Shown: piece by piece, positions 7,063 to 14,873 of the stretch | Layout: each line of letters begins with the position of its first letter | Numbering within the stretch: the stretch's first letter is position 1 | DNA from: Polyangiales bacterium | GTDB lineage: Bacteria; Myxococcota_A; Polyangia; Polyangiales; DASUME01 | DNA length: 28,374 bases | Assembly (NCBI GenBank): GCA_036277895.1 | Contig: DASUME010000162.1 | Location: forward strand, 1 to 28,374 | Direction: 5' to 3' | Translations under genes and position numbers: made by a program | Notes under the pieces: generated by a model | Databases searched by the model: none | The model's input: only the letters and a program-made list of their open reading frames with translations | Told to the model about the DNA's origin: nothing

Positions 7063-7989
7063 ATGTCGAGCAAGCTGGTTCGGTTCGCGTACTTCGGTCT
7101 GCCACTCGGTGCGCTGGCGCTCGCGCGCGCCGGCTTCACGCCGCACTTGATCGTGCTCGGGCACACGGACGCGCCGGGGGCGCGGCGCGTGCGCAAGCTG
7201 CCGAGTCGGCTGCTCGAGCGCCCCGACCTCCGCGACGCGCACGTGCAGCGCTCGATCCGCGACGCCGGCGCCGACGCGCTGCTGTGCTGGTTCTATCCCA
7301 AGCAGGTGCCGCGGGGCTTGCTCGACGCGTTCCCGCGCGGGGCGTTCGGCACCCATCCGTCGTTGCTGCCGCGCTGGCGCGGACCCGACCCTTACTTCTG
7401 GGCGATCTACGAGGACGACCGCGAGACCGGCGTCAGCCTGCACCGGCTGGAGGCGGACTACGACACGGGCGCCGTGATCGCGCAGGAGGCGCTCGCGATC
7501 GATCCGCGCGAGCACGCGTTCCGGCTCGCCAAGCGGCTCGACCGGCCGGCGCTGCGGCTGCTCGTCGACTGCGCGCGCCGCCTGTCGAACGGCGAGCCGT
7601 TGCATGGGCGCGCGCAGCCTGCGGAGGGCGTGACGCTGGCGCCGAAGCCGGAGCCCGAGCTGCTCGAGCTCGACTGGGAGGCCCCGGCCGCGCAGGTCGT
7701 ACGGCTCGTGCGCGCCGCGGCACCCTACCCCGGCGCGAGCTGCGAGCTCGGCAGCGAGGTGGTCGACGTGCTGGAGGCAGAGGTCTACGGCGGTGCTCTG
7801 CCGCGCGCGCTCGAGCCTCGTGATGCCGTCTGGACGCCCGACGGTTTGGTGGTCTGCGCCGGCGACGCAGGGGTGCTGGTCCGGCGCGTGCGCACGGAGC
7901 GCGACGTGCTCCTGCATGGAAGCGAGCTTACGCGGCTGTTTCCGGGGGGATTGACCCAGGTACACTTCGGTCCCAAGGACCCGTCGTGA
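7063..7989 (+). CDS. Formyltransferase family protein (Fmt/ArnA-N-like, probably not the initiator-tRNA Fmt)
   Basis: THPSLLPRWRGPDP and GVSLHRLEADYDTGAVIAQ folate-binding motifs, plus a C-terminal domain (LDWEAPAAQVVRLVRAAAPYPGA). Confidence 0.85.
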   Translation: MSSKLVRFAYFGLPLGALALARAGFTPHLIVLGHTDAPGARRVRKLPSRLLERPDLRDAHVQRSIRDAGADALLCWFYPKQVPRGLLDAFPRGAFGTHPSLLPRWRGPDPYFWAIYEDDRETGVSLHRLEADYDTGAVIAQEALAIDPREHAFRLAKRLDRPALRLLVDCARRLSNGEPLHGRAQPAEGVTLAPKPEPELLELDWEAPAAQVVRLVRAAAPYPGASCELGSEVVDVLEAEVYGGALPRALEPRDAVWTPDGLVVCAGDAGVLVRRVRTERDVLLHGSELTRLFPGGLTQVHFGPKDPS

Positions 7990-9023
7990 GCTCGCCCGTC
8001 CCCGTGTTGCTGCGCCCCGACAACTTCACGCCTCCCACGCGTACGCCGTGGGGCGGGACGCGGCTGTCGCGCTCGTACAAGGCGCCCTACGTGGCGCGAG
8101 ACATCGTCATCGGTGAGTCTTGGGAGATCTCGGTGGAGCCCGACTTCCCGGGTGCCCTCGAGGACGGGCGCGCGCTGACGGCGTACCTCGGCTCCGCGCC
8201 GCACGCGATCCTCGGCGACGAAGCCGCGCGTGGGCGCACCGGCACCGCGCTGCTGGTGAAGCTGATCGACACCGACGGCCCGCTGAGCGTGCAGATCCAC
8301 CCGAGCGACGACTACGCGGGCCTGGCCGCCGACGAGTGCGGCAAGCCGGAGAGCTGGTACATCGTCGATCGGGAGCCCGGCGCCGGCCTGTACCTCGGCT
8401 TCCAGCGCGGCGTCTCGCGCGCGCAGATCGAACAGGCGCTCCGCGAGGGCGGCTCGCTGGAGCCCCTGCTGCGCTTCGTGCCGGTCGAGCCCGGGGACTT
8501 CTTCCTGATCGACGCCGGCACGCCGCACGCGATCGGGCCTGGCCTGACGCTGGTCGAGCCGCAGCACGTGATCCCGGGGCGCCGCGGCGTGACGTATCGC
8601 TACTGGGACTGGAACCGCCGCTACGACGCGCGCGGGGTCGAGGACGCGTCGGGCGAGCCGCGCGCGCTGCACGTCGAGCACGCGCTGGCGGTCACGCGCT
8701 GGCGTGCGGTGCAGGAAGACGGCTTCGTCGAGAGCATCCGGGTGCGGGCGCCCCTGCTCTCCGCGGGTCCGGCCCAGCTGACGGTGCTGGCCGGGGACGG
8801 CGGGCTCGCGAGCGAGTGGCTCCACGTGGCGAGGCTGACCGGCACCGGGCGCTGCCGGCTGCCAGCGCTCGATCGCTTGCAGGGGCTGACCGTGCTCGCC
8901 GGCACGGTCGAGGTCGGAGGGCTGCGAGTGGAGGCCGGCCGGTCCGCGGTGGTGCCCGCCCAGCTGCAGGGGAGCGAAGTCACGCTGCACGGCGCCCACG
9001 CCATCGTCTCCGCCGTCGCTTGA
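7986..9023 (+). CDS. manA: Type I phosphomannose isomerase-like cupin
   Basis: PWGG, LLVKLID, LSVQIHP, KPESWY and AGTPHAIG metal-binding motifs; GTGA overlap with the upstream gene. Confidence 0.8.
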   Translation: MSSPVPVLLRPDNFTPPTRTPWGGTRLSRSYKAPYVARDIVIGESWEISVEPDFPGALEDGRALTAYLGSAPHAILGDEAARGRTGTALLVKLIDTDGPLSVQIHPSDDYAGLAADECGKPESWYIVDREPGAGLYLGFQRGVSRAQIEQALREGGSLEPLLRFVPVEPGDFFLIDAGTPHAIGPGLTLVEPQHVIPGRRGVTYRYWDWNRRYDARGVEDASGEPRALHVEHALAVTRWRAVQEDGFVESIRVRAPLLSAGPAQLTVLAGDGGLASEWLHVARLTGTGRCRLPALDRLQGLTVLAGTVEVGGLRVEAGRSAVVPAQLQGSEVTLHGAHAIVSAVA

Positions 9024-9057
9024 CGCGATCGCGCCAGCTTGCAACATAGGCGACCGC

Positions 9058-9807
9058 ATGAGCGCCTCGCATATGGACCATCCGCAGCGGAGCCCCAACC
9101 CGCGCATCTCGATCGTGATCCCGGTCTACAACGAGGAAGCCATCCTCGAAGCCGCGGTCAAGGATCTGCTCGACCGGCTGACCACCCACTTCGAGTTCCC
9201 GTTCGAGCTGATCTTGGCCGAGAACGGCTCGAGGGATCAGACGGTGGCGCTCGCACAGCAGCTGGCCGAGCGCTTCCCCGAGGTGCGCACGTTCAGCCTG
9301 GGCGAGCCAAACTACGGCAAGGCGCTCAAGCGCGGCATCCTCGAGGCGCGCGGCGAGATCGTGATCTGCGACGAGATCGATCTGTGCGACACGGACTTCT
9401 ACTCGCGTGCGCTGGCGCTGCTCGACTCGTACGAGGCCGACCTGGTGGTGGGCAGCAAGGTGCTCGACTCGTCGAGCGACGAGCGGCCGTTCCTGCGCCA
9501 CTTCGCGACCATCGTGATCAACGGCATGCTGCGCGTCTCGCTCGGCTTCAAGGGCACGGACACGCACGGCCTGAAGGCATTCCGGCGCGCGGCCGTGGTG
9601 CCGGTGGTCGAGCGCTGCATCGTCGACAAGGACTTGTTCGCGAGCGAGCTTGTGATCCGCGCCGAGCGCAGTCAGACCGTGCAGATCAAGGAGATCCCGG
9701 TGCGCGTGCTGGAGAAGCGCCCGCCCTCGATCCACCTGTTCCGGCGCGTGCCCAACGTGCTCAAGGGGATCGCGCGGCTGGTGGTGGCGATCCGGATCAA
9801 GGGATGA
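9058..9807 (+). CDS. Glycosyltransferase family 2 (DPM1/ArnC/GtrB-like polyprenyl-phosphate sugar transferase)
   Basis: ISIVIPVYNEE, ENGSRDQT, NYGKALKRG, DLVVGS, DTHGLKAFRR. Confidence 0.88.
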   Translation: MSASHMDHPQRSPNPRISIVIPVYNEEAILEAAVKDLLDRLTTHFEFPFELILAENGSRDQTVALAQQLAERFPEVRTFSLGEPNYGKALKRGILEARGEIVICDEIDLCDTDFYSRALALLDSYEADLVVGSKVLDSSSDERPFLRHFATIVINGMLRVSLGFKGTDTHGLKAFRRAAVVPVVERCIVDKDLFASELVIRAERSQTVQIKEIPVRVLEKRPPSIHLFRRVPNVLKGIARLVVAIRIKG

Positions 9808-10727
9808 AGCTGGCCGCCGTCTCGGTCGACATCGACGAGATCGACAACTACGCGGCCATCTACGGGCTCAGCGGCGCACTGGATGTGTCGCTGACCGCGG
9901 TCTACGACAAGGCGCTGCCCCGGCTCGGGGCACTGTTCGCCGAGCTCGACGTCCCGTGCACGTTCTTCGCGATCGGTCGCGACCTGACGCGCGCAGAGAA
10001 CGTGGCCCAGCTGCGCGCGCTGCACGCGGCCGGCCACGAGATCGCCAACCACTCGCTCAACCACTACTACGATCTCACGCGCCGCGATCGCAACACGCAG
10101 CAGCGTGAGGTACGCGGCGGTGCGGACGCGATCGAGGCGGCCGTGGGCGCGCGGCCGGTCGGCTTTCGGGCGCCGGGCTACACGATCACCGATCAGCTGT
10201 TCGAGGTGCTGGCGGGCGAGGCGGTGCGCTACGACTCCAGCGTCTTCCCCTGCCCGCCCTACTACCTGGCGAAGGCGGCCGCGATCGGCCTGATCAAGGC
10301 GCGTGGGCGGCAGAGCCGCAGTGTGGTCGACGATCCGCGCGTGCTGAGCGCGCCCGCGGAGCCTTACTATGTCGGCAGACCTTACTATCGCCGCGGCGCG
10401 GGGCTGCGCGAGTTCCCGATCGGCGTCAGCGGCGACTGGAGCATGCGCCTGCCGTACATCGGCACCACCGTCGCGCTCGCGGGCGAACGCGGCGCACGCT
10501 GGCTGACCCGGCTGGCGTCACGCTCGTTCGTGAACCTGGAGCTGCACGGGATCGATCTCTCGGACGCGCACGAAGACGGGCTGCGCGGGCTCGTGCCGTA
10601 CCAGCAAGACCTGCGGCGCAGCGCGGCCGAGAAGCGCCTCGCGTTGGCGTCTGCGCTGAGCGAGCTGAAGCGCCAGGGCTACACCTTCGTGACGCTCGCC
10701 GAGGCCACGCGCCGCCTCGCGGCTTGA
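9804..10727 (+). CDS. Polysaccharide deacetylase (NodB homology, CE4), 307 aa
   Basis: ATG at 9804 overlaps the GT2 stop (ATGA); SVDIDE, TFFAIG, GHEIANHSLNH, GFRAPGY, YDSS motifs. It is the C-terminal part of ORF 9039..10727. Confidence 0.9.
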   Translation: MKLAAVSVDIDEIDNYAAIYGLSGALDVSLTAVYDKALPRLGALFAELDVPCTFFAIGRDLTRAENVAQLRALHAAGHEIANHSLNHYYDLTRRDRNTQQREVRGGADAIEAAVGARPVGFRAPGYTITDQLFEVLAGEAVRYDSSVFPCPPYYLAKAAAIGLIKARGRQSRSVVDDPRVLSAPAEPYYVGRPYYRRGAGLREFPIGVSGDWSMRLPYIGTTVALAGERGARWLTRLASRSFVNLELHGIDLSDAHEDGLRGLVPYQQDLRRSAAEKRLALASALSELKRQGYTFVTLAEATRRLAA

Positions 10728-10757
10728 GGGGAAGATCGGCGCGGCGCAGAGCGTAAG

Positions 10758-12161
10758 GTGGCCCGCATGATCGACCCGGCGATCCTGGAGCGCATCGGCG
10801 ACGCAGCGGTGCCGCAGCGCGGGATCGCGGGGCACGTGCTGCCGCCCGACTCGCTGCCGGGGGTGACGGGCCTTCGCGAGACGGTTCGCAGCGTGATCGG
10901 TCCGCTGCGATCGGGCGCCGACTTCTACGCGCGCGATCGGGCGCGCTACGGTGAGATCTACCGCGGCATGTTCGCGGGGCAGCCCACGGTGTTCGTGTGG
11001 CACCCGGAGCAGGTGCAGAAGCTGCTGCGCAACGAAGACGGCGCGTGGTCCGCGGGGCTCGGCTGGAGCGAGCTGGTGTTCTCGCGCATGTACCCGCACG
11101 CGGGCAACAGCGGCGCGCTGATCGCGATGGACTTCGACGCCCACCGCGGTGCGCGCAAGCTGGTGCAGCACGCGTTCACGCCGCGCGCGCTCAAGGGCTA
11201 CCTGGAGCTCGCCGCCCCGCGCATCGACGCCGCGCTGGCGCGCTGGCTACGCGCCGGCCGCGTGCCGTTCAAGGCCGAAGCGCGGGTGTTGCTGAGCGAG
11301 GTCGCCAACGAGATCTTCACCGGCATCGGCTCGCTCGACGAGCGCGGGCGTATCGACCGCGCGGTGATGACGAGCTGGCGGGGCGTGATGGCGCTGAGCA
11401 CGCGCGCGTGGCTGAGCCCCACGCTGCGCCATGCGCGCCGCAGCTACGGCTTCCTGCTCGCGCTGTTCGAGTCGATGCTGCCCGCGCGACGCGAGCAGCC
11501 AGGGCGCGACCTGCTGAGCCAGCTGGCGCTGGGCGGCGCGGCCGACGGAACGGACGACGCCGCGATCGCGAAGCTGTTGGTGAGCATCATGATCACCGCC
11601 TACGACACCACCACGATGGCGGTGACGAGCATGGCGTACCTGCTCGCGCGCGAGCCCGCGTGGCAACAGCGGCTGCGCGACGAGGCGCGTCAGGTCGAGG
11701 TGCTCGACTGGGAGGGCCTCGCGCGGCTGGAGCAGCTGGAGTGGGCGTGGAAGGAGTCGCTGCGGCTGATGCCCGCAACCGGCCCCGTGCCGCGGCGCAC
11801 GCTGCGCGAGCTGGAGCTGCTCGGCCACCACCTGCAGCCCGGCACGTTCGCGACCGTGATGATCGGGCCGCACGGGCGCTCCGACGCGTACTGGCCGAAC
11901 CCACTCGTGTTCGACCCGGAGCGCTTCGCACGCGGCGAAGATCGCGCGCGCAGCGGCAGCTTCGCGCCGTTCGGCGGTGGCCCGCACGCGTGCATCGGTC
12001 AGCAGCTGGCGACGCTCGAAGCCAAGCTCGTGTTCCACCGCCTGCTCACCCGCACGCGCTTCGCGCTCGTGCGCGACAACGGCCTGCGCCACGTCTACGC
12101 GCCCTTCGGTGTGGCCGCGGGCAAGGTCGAGCTCGCGCTCACGCCGCTCGCTTCGCCTTGA
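10758..12161 (+). CDS. Cytochrome P450
   Basis: I-helix AYDTTT, ExxR (ESLR), DPERF, heme ligand FGGGPHACIG; start may be ATG 10767. Confidence 0.96.
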   Translation: MARMIDPAILERIGDAAVPQRGIAGHVLPPDSLPGVTGLRETVRSVIGPLRSGADFYARDRARYGEIYRGMFAGQPTVFVWHPEQVQKLLRNEDGAWSAGLGWSELVFSRMYPHAGNSGALIAMDFDAHRGARKLVQHAFTPRALKGYLELAAPRIDAALARWLRAGRVPFKAEARVLLSEVANEIFTGIGSLDERGRIDRAVMTSWRGVMALSTRAWLSPTLRHARRSYGFLLALFESMLPARREQPGRDLLSQLALGGAADGTDDAAIAKLLVSIMITAYDTTTMAVTSMAYLLAREPAWQQRLRDEARQVEVLDWEGLARLEQLEWAWKESLRLMPATGPVPRRTLRELELLGHHLQPGTFATVMIGPHGRSDAYWPNPLVFDPERFARGEDRARSGSFAPFGGGPHACIGQQLATLEAKLVFHRLLTRTRFALVRDNGLRHVYAPFGVAAGKVELALTPLASP

Positions 12162-13002
12162 CCAGCAGCGCGTGCAGGAGCTCGGTCGACAGGCCGTGCA
12201 GCACCAGGCGGTAGCCGGCGCGCAGCGTGGTCAACGGCACCATCGGATGCTTGTTGTTGGCGAGGGCCACGTGCGTGCTGGTGCCCAGGATGCGCGCGAC
12301 GTAGAGCGCGATCGTCTCGTCCAGCTGCAGCGAGTTGGACGAACGCCAGAAGTCGTGGTCGGTCAGGAACAGCTGGTAGAGCGGCGTGTACAGCTCGATC
12401 GCGCTCTCCAGGTCCACGAAGTTGGTCAGCCGATCCGGGAACGGCGCGAAGGCCGGCGGCTGGTCACTGATCGCGCTGAAGTCGATCTGTTCCGGCTTGC
12501 CGAGCTCCTTGCCCGCCGCGAGCAGCTTGCGATTCAGCTCGATCACGAAGTTGAACAGGTTCAAGTCGTGCTGCAGGAACAGGTCGTCCTTCACGTCGTC
12601 GAGGTACACCGGCTTGAGCGGCTTGGTCGCGACCTCGACGCCGGAGTTGTCGGCGATGAAGCGCAGGATCTCGGAGCCGAGGTGGAAGTGCCGCATCACC
12701 AGCAAGTTGGCCTGGGGCGTCATGAAGGTCTTCATGTTCCACGCCAGCAGCTGGTGGAGCAGACCACTCGAGGCCACGTGCGGCGTCACCGTCTTCAGCA
12801 GCTGGAAGGCGGCGATCAGGCTGCGCGCGAACGGACGCGTCAGCGGGAGGATGAACTGGCGGTTGCGCGAGCTGACGTCCTCCAGCCACGCGCGCTTTGC
12901 GTTGGACTCCATGGGCACGCTCTGGTCGAGGTAGAGCGCCAGCCACGGGCTCGGGTCGCGCGGATCGTGCTCCATCGCGAGGAAGTCGGTTCGTTGGCTC
13001 AT
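12139..13002 (-). CDS. Hypothetical protein coupled to the KAS III-HDO gene, 287 aa
   Basis: ATG at 13002 overlaps the upstream stop (ATGA). Protein-like composition from MSQRTDFLAMEHDPRDPSPWLALYLDQS onward. No family recognised with certainty (possibly DUF6999-like, from memory). Confidence 0.85.
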   Translation of the reverse strand: MSQRTDFLAMEHDPRDPSPWLALYLDQSVPMESNAKRAWLEDVSSRNRQFILPLTRPFARSLIAAFQLLKTVTPHVASSGLLHQLLAWNMKTFMTPQANLLVMRHFHLGSEILRFIADNSGVEVATKPLKPVYLDDVKDDLFLQHDLNLFNFVIELNRKLLAAGKELGKPEQIDFSAISDQPPAFAPFPDRLTNFVDLESAIELYTPLYQLFLTDHDFWRSSNSLQLDETIALYVARILGTSTHVALANNKHPMVPLTTLRAGYRLVLHGLSTELLHALLVKAKRAA

Positions 13003-14834
13003 GAGACCTCGATTTGTTCGAACTGCAGCAGGTAGAGCATGGCGGTCGCGCGGGCGGTGGCGAGGATCTGCGCGGCGTGCCGGCCCTGTTCGTCGTAGGC
13101 GAGCACCAGCTCCACGGCGCGTAGCCAGCGGCTGAGGTGCGCCTGGTCGTTCTCGCCGTGGTAGCCGAGGAAGCGCGTGCGCTCCGCGGGCAAGCCGAGC
13201 TGGCGCCGTAGCGCGGGCAACAGCTGCGGGATCACGCGCTGGCCCGTGCCTTCGATGATGTAGATCGCGCCCAGCAGATCGATCGGATTCGAGCGCTCGG
13301 CGCGCGCGAACATGAATGCGCTCAGCGCGTCGCCGCCCGCGCTGCGCGTCAGCTGATCGAGCGCGAGCTCGCCGCCGGCGTCGCGATAGTCCGCGAACAG
13401 GATCTGGTAGTCCTCGCGCTCGTCGCCGGCGTGCTCGCGGATCAGCGGCACCAGGTCCGCGAACGGCGCCTGCACGTGGTCCGCGGCGCGCGTCATCCAC
13501 TGGCTTCCGACGCGGACCTGCGGAATCCACACCCTCATCCAGGCGAGGTAGTCCTCGCGCGTGAAGCTACCGCGCGCGATCTTGCGCACCAGCGGCGTGC
13601 GGCGCAGCCGCGACTGGTAGTCGTGCCAGACCTCCGCCAGCCCGGCGAGCAGCGAGGCGAGCCTGGGATCACCCTGCACCTCGTGCGGCGGCGCGATGGT
13701 GCCCTGCCCAGCGCTGCCCGCGACGACCGTGAACTGTGCGAAAGAGACGGTGAAGCGCCCCGACTCGGGCACGAAGCAGAGCACCGTCTGGCCCGGCTCC
13801 AGCTTGCGCTCCCGCTGCAGGTCGCGCAGCAGCAGGAACAACGACGCGCTGCCCGTGTTGCCGCGGTGCTCCAGGTTCGAGAACCAGCGCTCGCGGGGGA
13901 TCAGGAAGCCGGCCTTCGTCATCAGGTCTTCGATCAGCGGCGCGAACTTCGCGGACGAGTAGTGGCACAGGAAGTGGTCGACCTTGCGCACGTCGATGCG
14001 CTCGCGCCGGATCAAGCCGACGTACTCGTGGATGCCGAGCTCGAACAGGCGCGGCAACAGCCGGATGTCCTGGCGCAACAGGAACGCACCGTCTTGCTCT
14101 GCCTCGGCGAGCGACGGGTAGTCGAGGTAGCTCGGATGCGCGGGCGAGCCGCCGCCGATCTGCATGCAGACCGGATGGTCACCGCTGAACGAGCGCAGGT
14201 GCAGCCAGTCGAGCCGCAGCGACAAGCCCTGCGCGCTCGGCTCTCGTCCGAGCAGACACGCGCCTGCGCCATCCGACAACATCCAGCGCAAGAAGTGCGA
14301 GTCGAAGTCCGCGTGGTAGTCGCGCGGCGCGAAGCGCGAGCGCTTGAACATGCGCGACGGCATCTCGCTGGCCACCACCAGCGCGTGCTCGTGGCGGCCG
14401 AGCTGCACCATGCTCGCCGCGTGCTGGAGCGCGGCCACGCCGGACGCGCACACGCCCTGGTGGCTGCTGGTGTGCATCGGTCCCGCGCCGAGCTCCCCCT
14501 GCACCATGTTCGCGAAGCCCGGCATGGCCAGATCCCCGCCCGAGCTGCCCGTGCACAACACCGAGACCTGCTCGAGCGTCACGCCGGCGGCCGCGAGCGC
14601 GTCGCGAGCAGCTTCGGCTGCCATCTGGGCGGAAGAGTAAATCGTGCGTCCCTCCCGGTCGATCGCGTAGTGGCGCGTTCGAATCCCGTTGTCGGCCAGG
14701 ATTCGCCGCTTGATCCGGGCTGATCGCGCGTCGAGTGGCGCGATGAAGCCGTCGATCGCGTCGTTGTCGACCGGCTCGCCGGGCAGAAACATTCCGGTGC
14801 CGGTGAGGTATACGGAAGCGAAGTCGATCGCCAT
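12999..14834 (-). CDS. KAS III-type (DarB/StlD-like) ketosynthase fused to a C-terminal heme-oxygenase-like diiron (HDO) domain
   Basis: Residues 1 to about 370: triad C129 (GVCASG), H291 (LCHYSS), N326 (GNTGSAS) and FLRWMLSDGAGA. Residues about 390-611: helical domain with HAGDERED, YIIEG (E528) and HxxxDxxH (H559/D563/H566). Confidence 0.88.
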   Translation of the reverse strand: MAIDFASVYLTGTGMFLPGEPVDNDAIDGFIAPLDARSARIKRRILADNGIRTRHYAIDREGRTIYSSAQMAAEAARDALAAAGVTLEQVSVLCTGSSGGDLAMPGFANMVQGELGAGPMHTSSHQGVCASGVAALQHAASMVQLGRHEHALVVASEMPSRMFKRSRFAPRDYHADFDSHFLRWMLSDGAGACLLGREPSAQGLSLRLDWLHLRSFSGDHPVCMQIGGGSPAHPSYLDYPSLAEAEQDGAFLLRQDIRLLPRLFELGIHEYVGLIRRERIDVRKVDHFLCHYSSAKFAPLIEDLMTKAGFLIPRERWFSNLEHRGNTGSASLFLLLRDLQRERKLEPGQTVLCFVPESGRFTVSFAQFTVVAGSAGQGTIAPPHEVQGDPRLASLLAGLAEVWHDYQSRLRRTPLVRKIARGSFTREDYLAWMRVWIPQVRVGSQWMTRAADHVQAPFADLVPLIREHAGDEREDYQILFADYRDAGGELALDQLTRSAGGDALSAFMFARAERSNPIDLLGAIYIIEGTGQRVIPQLLPALRRQLGLPAERTRFLGYHGENDQAHLSRWLRAVELVLAYDEQGRHAAQILATARATAMLYLLQFEQIEVS

Positions 14835-14873
14835 GCAGGCAGTAGGTAGACGCAGCCCCGCCTGCGGCGCCTG

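Noticed and set aside
6184-7965. 593-aa ORF as a large fusion protein
   Set aside because: The N-terminal 444 codons are an alternative frame of the NUDIX gene and antisense to the formyltransferase; only the last 149 aa look real.
7063-7989. Assigning the symbol fmt
   Set aside because: It lacks Fmt-specific motifs and the def/rsmB context.
10758-12161. P450 as a definite member of the KAS III-HDO cluster or as BioI
   Set aside because: It is on the opposite strand and co-oriented with the sugar operon; no sequence feature lets me assign a substrate.
9039-13530. N-terminal extensions of ORFs 9039..10727 and 12139..13530 as fusions or frameshifts
   Set aside because: Each extension is an off-frame reading of the upstream gene, and each has a clean ATGA-coupled internal start (9804, 13002).
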